Source: Candidatus Caccenecus avistercoris (GTDB lineage: Bacteria; Bacillota_I; Bacilli_A; RF39; UBA660). Taken from it: a DNA stretch of 64,000 nt. Where the stretch lies: positions 5,051 to 69,050 of the forward strand of contig DVJF01000020.1 in the NCBI GenBank assembly GCA_018716965.1, given 5' to 3'. Made by a program: the position numbers and the translations under genes. Under the pieces are notes generated by a model, which made no database searches, was not told where the DNA came from, and saw only the letters and a program-made list of their open reading frames with translations. The stretch's first letter is position 1, and each line of letters begins with the position of its first letter. Of the stretch, positions 8,643 to 18,250 are shown piece by piece.

Positions 8643-11600
8643 ATGAAGTATTTTGATTTTGTTCGTAGTTTTGGAGCAGAGGCATTAATAAAAGGAAGAA
8701 CATATCCTAGCTATTTAATAGAGTATCTAACATCTTATGAAGAACCTAAGCAATATGTTCATGAGTTCCAAGTAGAAGACAAAAATGAATGGGATGAATA
8801 TGAAGTTATAATAAAAAACAATGGTGATGAAATATATGAAGGAACATGTACTTGTGAAAAGTTTAGAAAGTACAAATCTTGTGAACATGTTATAGCTTGT
8901 TTATATGAATATTATTATCCGATAATTAGGTGTGAAAAAAAGGATTTATATGAAGAAACAAGTGAAATTCTAAATATATTTTATAATCCTAATCCCAAAA
9001 AGTCCGTTAAAGAAAAAGCATCATTGCAACTAAACATTACTTTCTATGATAATAAAATACAATATCGATTAAGTGTTGGTACTAATAAATTATATGTTTT
9101 AAATAATAAATCAAAATTCGAAAAATTTTTAGATGCTTATTTTAATGGTGGAGATGACGTATTAGGAACTAAATTTACTTATAATAAAGATAATTATTAT
9201 TTTGATGAAGAAGATACAAAAGTTATTAATTATTTAGCAAATTATGAGAAAACTAGCAATTATTATTATAGTGTAGATCCTTTTGATTTAAGTGAAAGAG
9301 ATTTAGATTATTTAATACACAATATTGATATTGCTAAATTACAAATAAATCGTGAAAAAATAGCAGAAATTATCGAAGATTTGCCAACTAAATTTATACT
9401 AAATCATAGGAAAAAAGATTTTTCTTTAACCATTGAAGATCTTGAAAACTACAATATTTTAACAAGCAACTGCAAATATATTCTTTATAGAAATAATTTA
9501 TATATTATTCCTGAAAATTATCAAAAATTATTAAAAGAATTGTATCACAGACAAATAAACTCTTTATTATTTAAAAACAAAAACATAGAAAAATTTAATC
9601 AAGGTATTTTAAAGGTAATAAACGATAAACTACAAATAGCAGATGATATAACTGAAATTACCAAAATAACCAAACCAAGTGTTAAGATCTATTTAGATAT
9701 TTTAAAAGACAAACTAACTAGTGAAATTAAGCTAAATTATAGTGGAATAGAAATTAACCTGTTAAGCAATGATACTAGTGTCTCAAGAGACTATGACTTA
9801 GAAGAAGAAATTATGCAAGATATCATAAATGTTGGTTTTGCTATAAATAAAAACAAATTTGAAATGAATGATATTGATACTATTGGTTATTTTTTAGAAA
9901 ATAATTTAATGAATTTAGGAAATAAATACGAAATATATACTAGTAAAAAATTAGATAAAATAAACTTAATTAAAAAAACGCATGTCACTAAGGATTTTAG
10001 TATTGGTTATGATGGTATTATGTCTTTTAATTTTGAATTAGACAATATTAATGACGAAGAATTAAAAGGAATACTAGCTTCCTTAAAAAGTAAAAAAACT
10101 TATCATCGCCTAAAAAATGGTAATTTAATTAATTTAGAAGAAAATAAAGAATTACAAGAATTTGGTTCTTTAGTAGATGATTTAGAATTAGATCCATCCA
10201 CTTTAAACGACAAAATTGAAATTCCAAAATATCGTGCCTTATACATTGATTCACTAAAAGAAAATAAATATCATGATATCAAAACAAACAATTTATTTGA
10301 TGATTTTATTACTAATTTTAACAAATATAAAGATATAGACATAACTTTTTCTAAAGAAGACCAAGAAACTCTAAGAGATTATCAAAAAACGGGTGTAAAA
10401 TGGCTTTATACTCTATACAAATGTGATTTAGGGGGTATTTTAGCAGACGAAATGGGACTTGGAAAAAGTATTCAAGCCATATGTTTTATAAAAGAAGTAT
10501 TAAAAAATAAAAAAGATGCCAAAATTTTAATTGTTTGTCCCACATCATTAGTTTACAACTGGGAAAAAGAATTTACAAAATTTGGCCAAGGAATAAAAGT
10601 AAGAGTAATTAGTGATTCTAAAAAGAAAAGAATAGAAGCATTACATGACAACGACGCCCATGTATTTATAACTTCCTATGGATTATTAAGGAATGATCTG
10701 GAAGAATATAGCAATATGCATTTTGAAATATGTATTGTGGATGAAGCTCAATACATGAAAAATTATCAAGCCCGTATGACTATAGCACTAAAAAGTCTAC
10801 ACGCCCATACCAAAATTGCTTTAACAGGAACACCATTAGAAAATTCAGTTACTGAACTTTGGAGTATATTTGACTTTCTAATGCCTGGCTATTTAAATAG
10901 TGTCGAAAAATTTCGAGAAAAATACCATATTAGTGATGTAACCGAAGAAGACTTAAATCGTCTGGCAAATCTAAATTATCAAATAAAGCCATTTATTTTA
11001 CGAAGGAAAAAACAAGATGTAGTAAAAGATCTGCCTGATAAAATCGAAAATAACATATATTTAGATTTACCAGAAAAGCAGAAACAGTTATATGTAAGTG
11101 TCTTAAAAGAAACAGAAAAAGAAATTGAAGAATTAATCGCTACCTCTGGTTTTGCTTCATCACGTTTCAAAATACTTCAATTATTAACCAAACTAAGACA
11201 AATATGTATTAATCCCCATGTCTTATATGAAAATTATGAAGGAGAAAGTATTAAAACAGAAAAAATATTGGAAATGATTAAAGACTATGTAAAAGAACAT
11301 CATAAAATATTAATATTTTCTAGTTTTAAAAGAATCTTAGATTTATTAAAACAAGATTTAGAAAAAGCAAAAATAAGTTTTTACAGCATAGATGGCTCTA
11401 CTAAAAGTAAAGATAGGCTTCCATTAATTGATAAATTTAACAGTGATAATACTAGTTGTTTCCTTCTAACATTAAAATCAGGAGGAACGGGGTTAAACTT
11501 AACCAGTGCTGATATTGTAATTCACCTAGATATATGGTGGAATCCTCAAGTAGAAAATCAAGCAACCGATCGAGCTCATCGAATTGGCCAGAAAAGAAAG

Positions 11601-11771
11601 GTAATTGTTAATAAATTAATTACCAAAGGAACAATTGAAGAACGAATATTAGAACTTCAAACAAAAAAGAAAATATTAAGCGAAAATTTAATTGAAGGAA
11701 ATGCGGAAGCAAGTTTAGCAACTCTAAACGAAGAAGATATTAAAAATTTACTTACTTACAGTAATGATTAA
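8643..11771 (+). CDS. SNF2-family DEAD/DEAH helicase with N-terminal SWIM zinc finger (YwqA-like)
   Basis: SWIM motif (CTCEKFRKYKSCEHVIAC). SNF2 motifs: LADEMGLGKSIQAI, VDEAQYMKN, ALTGTPLENS, QATDRAHRIGQKRKV. GGAGG lies 4 nt upstream of the ATG at 8643. Confidence 0.85.
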   Translation: MKYFDFVRSFGAEALIKGRTYPSYLIEYLTSYEEPKQYVHEFQVEDKNEWDEYEVIIKNNGDEIYEGTCTCEKFRKYKSCEHVIACLYEYYYPIIRCEKKDLYEETSEILNIFYNPNPKKSVKEKASLQLNITFYDNKIQYRLSVGTNKLYVLNNKSKFEKFLDAYFNGGDDVLGTKFTYNKDNYYFDEEDTKVINYLANYEKTSNYYYSVDPFDLSERDLDYLIHNIDIAKLQINREKIAEIIEDLPTKFILNHRKKDFSLTIEDLENYNILTSNCKYILYRNNLYIIPENYQKLLKELYHRQINSLLFKNKNIEKFNQGILKVINDKLQIADDITEITKITKPSVKIYLDILKDKLTSEIKLNYSGIEINLLSNDTSVSRDYDLEEEIMQDIINVGFAINKNKFEMNDIDTIGYFLENNLMNLGNKYEIYTSKKLDKINLIKKTHVTKDFSIGYDGIMSFNFELDNINDEELKGILASLKSKKTYHRLKNGNLINLEENKELQEFGSLVDDLELDPSTLNDKIEIPKYRALYIDSLKENKYHDIKTNNLFDDFITNFNKYKDIDITFSKEDQETLRDYQKTGVKWLYTLYKCDLGGILADEMGLGKSIQAICFIKEVLKNKKDAKILIVCPTSLVYNWEKEFTKFGQGIKVRVISDSKKKRIEALHDNDAHVFITSYGLLRNDLEEYSNMHFEICIVDEAQYMKNYQARMTIALKSLHAHTKIALTGTPLENSVTELWSIFDFLMPGYLNSVEKFREKYHISDVTEEDLNRLANLNYQIKPFILRRKKQDVVKDLPDKIENNIYLDLPEKQKQLYVSVLKETEKEIEELIATSGFASSRFKILQLLTKLRQICINPHVLYENYEGESIKTEKILEMIKDYVKEHHKILIFSSFKRILDLLKQDLEKAKISFYSIDGSTKSKDRLPLIDKFNSDNTSCFLLTLKSGGTGLNLTSADIVIHLDIWWNPQVENQATDRAHRIGQKRKVIVNKLITKGTIEERILELQTKKKILSENLIEGNAEASLATLNEEDIKNLLTYSND

Positions 11772-12611
11772 TTATTCAAAATAAAATGAAATGAACTTAA
11801 GGCCCAAAGTTTTTGCTTTAAGTTCTTTTTTTATTTTATTTTGTATTCGTATTAAACTATGAACTTTCATATCTTTTTTAGCTTTAAAAGTTAAAGTAAC
11901 TTGATAATACGGTCCAACCTTTATAATAGATGAATCGGTAATGCGAATAACTCTATATTTATCCACAATCTTCTTAATAGCTTCTTTAATACTTTTATCT
12001 TCATCAGTAATACCAATTAAAAGATTAATATTTAGTTTTATCATTTTTAATGCTTGGATAATTAAAAGAATAGCAATAAATATACCACCAATCGTATCTA
12101 TTTTAGGAATAATTTGACTTAAAAGAACAATTAGTATTAAAGCAATGGATGAATAAGCTTCCATCTTTGATTCCACACTAGAAACAAGCAATAATTCACT
12201 CTTTAAGGAGTGCCCCATACTAGCTAATTTATGTACACTAATAAATTTTAAGAAGACTGTAAAAAGAATTAAAAGAATAATGGATAAAAAAGGCTTTTGA
12301 TAATCTATTCTAAAACTTAAATATATAACGAAAATACCAACTAAAAAAGCCAGAATCCCCATGAATAATTCTATAATATAAAAGACTCTGCCATATCCCA
12401 AAGGGTGATTCTTATTAGCGCGTCTCCTCCCAATTCGAATACCAAAAACGGCAATAACATCCGTTACCAAATCACTAACCGTATAAATACCATCAATAGT
12501 AAGCGTAAAAGTGTGCAGCATTATTCCGCCACTAATTTTAAGAATAGAAATAACAATATTAATGAATGTACTAAAATACATAGTTTTTAGTTCTAATTTC
12601 ATGATAATCAC
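11772..12611 (-). CDS. cation diffusion facilitator (CDF) family metal efflux transporter
   Basis: TM domain with a SDLVTD motif, NHPLGYGR, and a C-terminal cytoplasmic domain, typical of CzcD/YdfM-type CDF proteins. Confidence 0.8.
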   Translation of the reverse strand: MIIMKLELKTMYFSTFINIVISILKISGGIMLHTFTLTIDGIYTVSDLVTDVIAVFGIRIGRRRANKNHPLGYGRVFYIIELFMGILAFLVGIFVIYLSFRIDYQKPFLSIILLILFTVFLKFISVHKLASMGHSLKSELLLVSSVESKMEAYSSIALILIVLLSQIIPKIDTIGGIFIAILLIIQALKMIKLNINLLIGITDEDKSIKEAIKKIVDKYRVIRITDSSIIKVGPYYQVTLTFKAKKDMKVHSLIRIQNKIKKELKAKTLGLKFISFYFE

Positions 12612-12731
12612 TATATTTAGTATGTCATATTTTCTAATTTATAAACATGTAAGAAAACTTGTAAATTAATAAATTACTACTAAACATAATAACGAAAAAA
12701 TGATATAATATTCTAGCTAGGAGGATTATAA

Positions 12732-14960
12732 ATGAAAGAAGAATGGCGTAATTTTAAAGATGGTCTATGGACCGAAGAAATAAATGTAAGCGATTTTATT
12801 AAAAATAATTATCATGCTTACGATGGAGATGAGTCTTTTTTAGAAGGAACAACCAAGAAAACAGATAAAATTTGGAATACTTGTAGTGAACTTCTAAAAG
12901 AGGAATTAAAGAAAAAGGTACTAGACATTGATGTAGATCACATGTCTGGCATAAATGCTTTTGACCCAGGATATATATGTGATGAAGACGATTGTATCGT
13001 GGGTCTTCAAACAGATAAACCATTAAAAAGAATTGTAAACCCATATGGTGGTATTCGTATGGTTTACCAAGAACTAGAAGCTTATGGTTATAAACTAAAT
13101 CCTGAAGTAGATAAATATTTCAATGAATTTAGAAAAACTCATAATGACGGTGTATTTGATGCTTACACGGATGAAATTAGACGGGCTCGTCATGCCGGAC
13201 TTTTAACAGGCCTTCCTGATGCTTACGGGCGAGGACGTATTATTGGTGATTATAGACGTGTAGCATTATATGGTATTGACTATTTAATAGAAGAAAAGAA
13301 ACATGATTTAGCAAGTCTCTTAGGCCCAATGGATAATGAACTTATTCAGTTAAGAGAAGATGTATCAATGCAAATTAAAGCCTTAGATGAGATCAAAAAA
13401 ATGGCTAGTCGTTATGGCTTTGATATTTCAAGACCAGCCAAAAACAGTAAAGAAGCAGTAGAGTGGACTTATCTTGCTTATCTAGCAGCTGTAAAAGAAA
13501 ACAATGGAGCAGCAATGAGCCTAGGCCGTGTAGATGCTTTCTTTGATATTTACTTTGAGCGTGATTTAAAAGAGGGAACTATTACCGAAAGTGAAATACA
13601 AGAAATCATTGATAATTTTGTTATTAAATTAAGACTAGTTAGACACTTAAGAACCCCAGAATATGATGAATTATTCTCAGGAGATCCAACTTGGGTTACA
13701 GCATCTATTGGTGGAATTACCGAAAATGGTAAAAGTATGGTTACTAAGACTAGTTATAGACTACTTCATACTCTAACGAATCTTGACCCAGCTCCAGAGC
13801 CTAATATGACTATTTTATGGAGTGAACACTTACCAGAGAACTTTAAAAAATATTGTGCAAAAATGAGTATCGATACGGATGCTATCCAATATGAAAACGA
13901 TGATGTTATGCGACCTCTTTATGGTGATGACTATGCTATAGCGTGTTGTGTATCTGCTATGCGTGAGGGTAAAGATATGCAATTCTTTGGTGCTCGTTGT
14001 AATTTAGCCAAAGCTCTACTTTATTCTATGAATGGCGGTATTGATGAAGTAAAAGGTACTCATGTAATCGAAGGTTTTGAAAAAAATACGGATGAAATTC
14101 TTGATTATGAAAGTGTAAAGAAAAATTATTTCAAAATGCTTGAGAAAGTAGCCGAAGTATATTCTAATGCTATGAATATTATTCATTACATGCATGATAA
14201 ATATGCTTATGAAGCAGGTCAAATGGCTCTTCATGATACTCATGTAAATAGACTTATGGCTTATGGTATAGCGGGACTATCTGTTGCAGCAGATTCACTA
14301 TCAGCAATTAAATATGCCCGTGTTAAACCAATTCGTAATGAAGAGGGTATAGCCATTGATTTTGAAATAGAAGGAGACTTCCCTAAATACGGTAATGATG
14401 ATGACCGTGTCGATAATATAGCAAAAGAGATTACAGAAAAGTTCTATGAAGAACTTGCTAAACATAAATGTTACCGTAATGCTCACCCAACTTTATCTGT
14501 CCTTACTATAACATCAAATGTTGTATATGGTTCAAAAACTGGTTCAACTCCCGATGGTAGAAAAAAAGGTGTTGCCTTTGCTCCAGGAGCAAACCCAATG
14601 CATGGTAGAGATGAAAGTGGCGCTATAGCAAGCTTAAATTCTGTTGCTAAATTAGAATACGCAAAATGTTGTCGTGATGGTATTTCTAATACTTTCTCTA
14701 TCGTTCCAAGTGCTCTAGGTCATACCAAAGATGAACAAATTGATAATTTAGTTAGCTTATTAGAGGGTTATTTCATCCAAGGCGCTCATCATTTAAATGT
14801 TAATGTACTAAATAGAGAAACATTAATTGATGCCATGGAAAATCCTGATAAATATCCACTATTAACAATAAGAGTATCAGGCTATGCCGTAAGATTTAAC
14901 AGACTTACGAGGAGTCAACAAGAAGAAGTTATTGCTAGAACTTTCCACGAGAAAATATAA
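12732..14960 (+). CDS. pflB: formate C-acetyltransferase (pyruvate formate-lyase)
   Basis: 742 aa. C-terminal glycyl-radical motif RVSGYAVRF. Active-site Cys pair region (CCVSAM). AGGAGG RBS. Confidence 0.95.
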   Translation: MKEEWRNFKDGLWTEEINVSDFIKNNYHAYDGDESFLEGTTKKTDKIWNTCSELLKEELKKKVLDIDVDHMSGINAFDPGYICDEDDCIVGLQTDKPLKRIVNPYGGIRMVYQELEAYGYKLNPEVDKYFNEFRKTHNDGVFDAYTDEIRRARHAGLLTGLPDAYGRGRIIGDYRRVALYGIDYLIEEKKHDLASLLGPMDNELIQLREDVSMQIKALDEIKKMASRYGFDISRPAKNSKEAVEWTYLAYLAAVKENNGAAMSLGRVDAFFDIYFERDLKEGTITESEIQEIIDNFVIKLRLVRHLRTPEYDELFSGDPTWVTASIGGITENGKSMVTKTSYRLLHTLTNLDPAPEPNMTILWSEHLPENFKKYCAKMSIDTDAIQYENDDVMRPLYGDDYAIACCVSAMREGKDMQFFGARCNLAKALLYSMNGGIDEVKGTHVIEGFEKNTDEILDYESVKKNYFKMLEKVAEVYSNAMNIIHYMHDKYAYEAGQMALHDTHVNRLMAYGIAGLSVAADSLSAIKYARVKPIRNEEGIAIDFEIEGDFPKYGNDDDRVDNIAKEITEKFYEELAKHKCYRNAHPTLSVLTITSNVVYGSKTGSTPDGRKKGVAFAPGANPMHGRDESGAIASLNSVAKLEYAKCCRDGISNTFSIVPSALGHTKDEQIDNLVSLLEGYFIQGAHHLNVNVLNRETLIDAMENPDKYPLLTIRVSGYAVRFNRLTRSQQEEVIARTFHEKI

Positions 14961-15691
14961 TGCAAGCAAGTGTTAATTCCATTGAAACCTTTGGCCTTGT
15001 TGATGGCCCCGGAATACGTACCGTTATTTTCTTAAATGGTTGTAAATTAAGGTGTTTGTACTGTCATAATCCCGAAATGTGGCAAATGGGCAATAAAAAT
15101 TATACTGTTGATGAATTAGTAGCTAAAATACTTCGTAACAAACCTTATTTTAAAAGAAATAATGGCGGAGTAACATTTTCTGGTGGTGAACCTTTATTAC
15201 AAGTTGACTTTTTACTGGAAATATGTAAGAAATTGAAAGAAGAAGGTATTCATATAGCATTAGACACTGCCGGTGTTGGCGTAGGAAAATATGAAGAAAT
15301 ATTATCATTAATCGATTTAGTTTTACTGGATATTAAGCATTCAAATAAAGATGGCTATAAAAAACTAACGGGTATGGATATTTCGGAAAGCGAAAAATTT
15401 ATTGAATACTTAAATAAAAGTGGCAAACCAGTCTGGATTAGACAAGTCATTGTACCTGGCATTATGGATAATGATAAGTATTTACAAGAGTTAGCTGTTT
15501 ATTTGTTAAAAATAAAAAATATTGAAAAAATAGAGTTCTTGCCTTTCCATCATTTAGGCTTTTCTAAATATGAAAATTTAAAATTAGAAAATCCCTTAAA
15601 AAATGTTCCGGAAATGAATGTCGAAAACTGTCAAAAATTATATGAAAGATTTATGAACATATATAACAACTTAAAAGACGATCAAAAATAA
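14960..15691 (+). CDS. pflA: pyruvate formate-lyase activating enzyme (radical SAM)
   Basis: CLYCHN radical-SAM cluster motif with an N-terminal GPGIR. Translationally coupled to pflB (TAATG overlap). Confidence 0.9.
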   Translation: MQASVNSIETFGLVDGPGIRTVIFLNGCKLRCLYCHNPEMWQMGNKNYTVDELVAKILRNKPYFKRNNGGVTFSGGEPLLQVDFLLEICKKLKEEGIHIALDTAGVGVGKYEEILSLIDLVLLDIKHSNKDGYKKLTGMDISESEKFIEYLNKSGKPVWIRQVIVPGIMDNDKYLQELAVYLLKIKNIEKIEFLPFHHLGFSKYENLKLENPLKNVPEMNVENCQKLYERFMNIYNNLKDDQK

Positions 15692-15766
15692 AAGATTGTC
15701 TTTTAAAATACTTTAAAAAAATAATTAGTTTGGTATAATAAGATTACCAAAAAAGGAGATAGTATT

Positions 15767-16189
15767 ATGAATGAATTAGAAATTGAAAAAAATGAAAAAA
15801 GAAATGAAAAATTTATCCAAGAGTTTAAAGCTTGGTTAAAAAAACAAAATCTGTCAACCAAAACAATTAACAAACATAAAAATAACATGGAATTGTATTT
15901 AAATAATTATTTGCCATACTATGAAAGTGAAACCATGGAAGAAGGAACCTCATCTGTGTATCCTTTTTTAGGAGACTGGTTTATTAGAAAATGTATGTGG
16001 TCATCAAGAAGTAGTATTAAAGAAACAGCTTCCAGTATTAAGAAGTTTTACAAGTGCATGAACGAATTAGGATACATCGATAAAGAAAAATATGAACTTG
16101 TAGCTTTTACGATAAAGGAAAATATGGAAGAATTTTTGGAAAATTTAGATGATTATGATAATGGTAAAGGCATATGGGATTATCTTTAA
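15767..16189 (+). CDS. hypothetical protein (140 aa)
   Basis: ORF with an upstream -10 and a plausible RBS (AAAGGAG). No recognisable catalytic motifs. Confidence 0.45.
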   Translation: MNELEIEKNEKRNEKFIQEFKAWLKKQNLSTKTINKHKNNMELYLNNYLPYYESETMEEGTSSVYPFLGDWFIRKCMWSSRSSIKETASSIKKFYKCMNELGYIDKEKYELVAFTIKENMEEFLENLDDYDNGKGIWDYL

Positions 16190-16231
16190 TGATAATTCTT
16201 TTTTTGTTAAATATTGGAAGCGAATATTTGT

Positions 16232-16260
16232 TTGACTAACACATACATTTGTATTATAAT
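16232..16260 (+). promoter_or_regulatory. consensus sigma-A promoter (TTGACT-17-TATAAT) for the radical SAM gene, overlapped by AATATTTGTTTG
   Basis: -35 at 16232-16237, -10 at 16255-16260. The 12-mer at 16223-16234 recurs upstream of uvrB. Confidence 0.5.
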
Positions 16261-16278
16261 ATTGCTAGGTGATTATTT

Positions 16279-17490
16279 ATGACATTAAAAGAAAAATTAA
16301 CAATTTTAGCCGATAGTGCCAAGTATGATGTCTCATGCTCATCAAGTGGCAGCACAAGAAAAAATGAAGGAGGTATAGGTAATGCCGCTTTCTCGGGAAT
16401 ATGTCACTCTTTTGCTACTGATGGTAGATGTATTTCACTTTTAAAAATTCTTATGACTAACTGTTGTATTTTTGATTGTAAATATTGTATTAATCGCAAA
16501 AGTAATAATGTTAAAAGAACAATTTTTACACCAGAGGAAATATGTGAGTTAACAATGAATTTTTATCGCCGGAACTATATCGAAGGATTATTTTTAAGTT
16601 CTGGCATAGTTAAAAGTCCTGATTATACGATGGAGCTACTGATTAAAACCATTAAAATGTTAAGATATAAATATCATTTTCATGGTTACATTCACTGTAA
16701 AGCTATACCTGGTGCAAACGAATACTTACTAAAAGAATTAGGAGGCCTAGTAGATAGATTAAGTGCCAATATTGAACTTCCTACTGAAAATGGCTTAAAA
16801 CTTTTAGCTCCCAATAAAGAAGAAAACAAAGTTACGAAAATAATGTCCTATGTCAAAGAAAATCAAAGTAAATTCTACGTTCCTGCCGGCCAAAGCACCC
16901 AAATGATTATTGGTGCTACTAAAGAAACGGATTTAGATATAATGACTAAAAGTGAAGCATTATATAAAAGCTATGCTTTAAAAAGAGTTTTTTATTCGGC
17001 CTACATTCCGGTAAATAAAGATAAATTGTTGCCCATGCTTAAAACACCTCCTTTAGTAAGAGAAAATAGACTTTACCAAGCAGACTGGCTACTTCGTTTT
17101 TATGGCTTTAAAGTTAAAGATTTGCTCGACGAAGATAACCCCAACTTTAATATTTTAATGGATCCTAAAGCTAATTGGGCCTTACGTCATTTAAATGAAT
17201 TCCCTAAAGAAATAAATACTGTATCTTACTATGATTTATTAAAAGTACCAGGTATTGGTATTAAAACAGCCAAAAGAATTATCGCTTGTCGAAAAAACTT
17301 TAAAATAACTTTTAATGATCTAAAAAAGCTAGGAGTAGTCATGAAAAGAGCTAAATATTTTATTACTTGCAATAACAAATATTTTATAAGCAGTGAGTAT
17401 TTTAAAAAGAGTTTTATTGAAGCTAATTTAATTTTAGAAGATAATCCCAAAGTAGAAAATAATAAAGAGCAATTAAGTTTATTTTCATGA
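16279..17490 (+). CDS. putative DNA modification/repair radical SAM protein (TIGR03916-like) with C-terminal helix-hairpin-helix
   Basis: N-terminal SAKYDVSCSSSG...GICHSF and the CIFDCKYC cluster characteristic of this family. HhH motif: LLKVPGIGIKTAKRII. Confidence 0.85.
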   Translation: MTLKEKLTILADSAKYDVSCSSSGSTRKNEGGIGNAAFSGICHSFATDGRCISLLKILMTNCCIFDCKYCINRKSNNVKRTIFTPEEICELTMNFYRRNYIEGLFLSSGIVKSPDYTMELLIKTIKMLRYKYHFHGYIHCKAIPGANEYLLKELGGLVDRLSANIELPTENGLKLLAPNKEENKVTKIMSYVKENQSKFYVPAGQSTQMIIGATKETDLDIMTKSEALYKSYALKRVFYSAYIPVNKDKLLPMLKTPPLVRENRLYQADWLLRFYGFKVKDLLDEDNPNFNILMDPKANWALRHLNEFPKEINTVSYYDLLKVPGIGIKTAKRIIACRKNFKITFNDLKKLGVVMKRAKYFITCNNKYFISSEYFKKSFIEANLILEDNPKVENNKEQLSLFS

Positions 17491-18250
17491 TAAGTAATAA
17501 AATTTATTTATATGATGGTACTTTCTCTACTTTAATGGATTTAATAACCCAATTATTAGCCTTCAAAACCAAACCTTTAAATATATGCAATCAAAATAAT
17601 TACTTGCCATCTTTATTAGATGAAACTATTGAATTAAAATTAGATAATAATTTTGATATTAGTAAAATAAAGGTAACGAAAAAAATTTTAAAAACAATTT
17701 ATTATGTATATTTATCTACTGATGAACATAAAGAATTAATAATATATTATTTCTTATTAAATGGCTTAAAATATCAAGATAAAATATTTACAATGCGTAA
17801 TTTAAAGTGTGTAAATAGCACTTTAAAAATAGCTAAATATGTCAATAATGAAAATCATAAATTAAAAGGCTTCTTAAGATTTCAAGAATTAGAAAATCAT
17901 ATATTATATGCCGAAATTAGTCCCACTAACAATGTATTAGAATTATTATCCATTCATTTTATGAAACGTCTTAAAAATGAATATTGGATCATTAAAGATG
18001 TAGGAAGAAATACGTATAGCTTTATGATAAGCAAAAATACTATATTATAGCAGACGAAAATATAAATTTAAAAACACTGGGAGCAATAGAAAAAGAAAAA
18101 GAAGTAGAAAATTTATGGGTGACATTCTTTAATACAATAGGTATCAAAGAAAGAAAAAACACCCGATGTCAAATGAATTTTATGCCGAAAAAATATTGGA
18201 AATATATTATAGAAATGGAAGGTGCATATGAAAAAAGTAATAACAGGTAA
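17487..18250 (+). pseudogene. DUF4130 / UDG-like partner of the radical SAM protein (TIGR03915-like), apparently interrupted by a -1 frameshift near 18020-18050
   Basis: The 187-aa ORF (LYDGTFSTLMDLITQLL..., LKGFLRFQELENHILYAEISP) stops at 18050. The adjacent frame 18020-18250 encodes ...ENLWVTFFNTIGIKERKNTRCQMNFMPKKYWKYIIEME. Both pieces resemble my recollection of this family, the second piece its conserved C-terminus. An A5 run at about 18033 is a plausible slip site. Confidence 0.55.

Noticed and set aside
12612-12731. Rex/FNR site in the pflB promoter region
   Set aside because: TTGTAAATTAATAAATTAC is only a weak resemblance to TTGTGAAnnnnTTCACAA. Not supportable by eye.
15767-16189. 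Calling the 140-aa protein a tyrosine recombinase N-terminal (SAM-like) domain
   Set aside because: It is only a loose pattern similarity (FIQEFKAWLKKQNLSTKTINKHKNNMELYL). No catalytic domain follows and nothing else in the locus suggests mobility.
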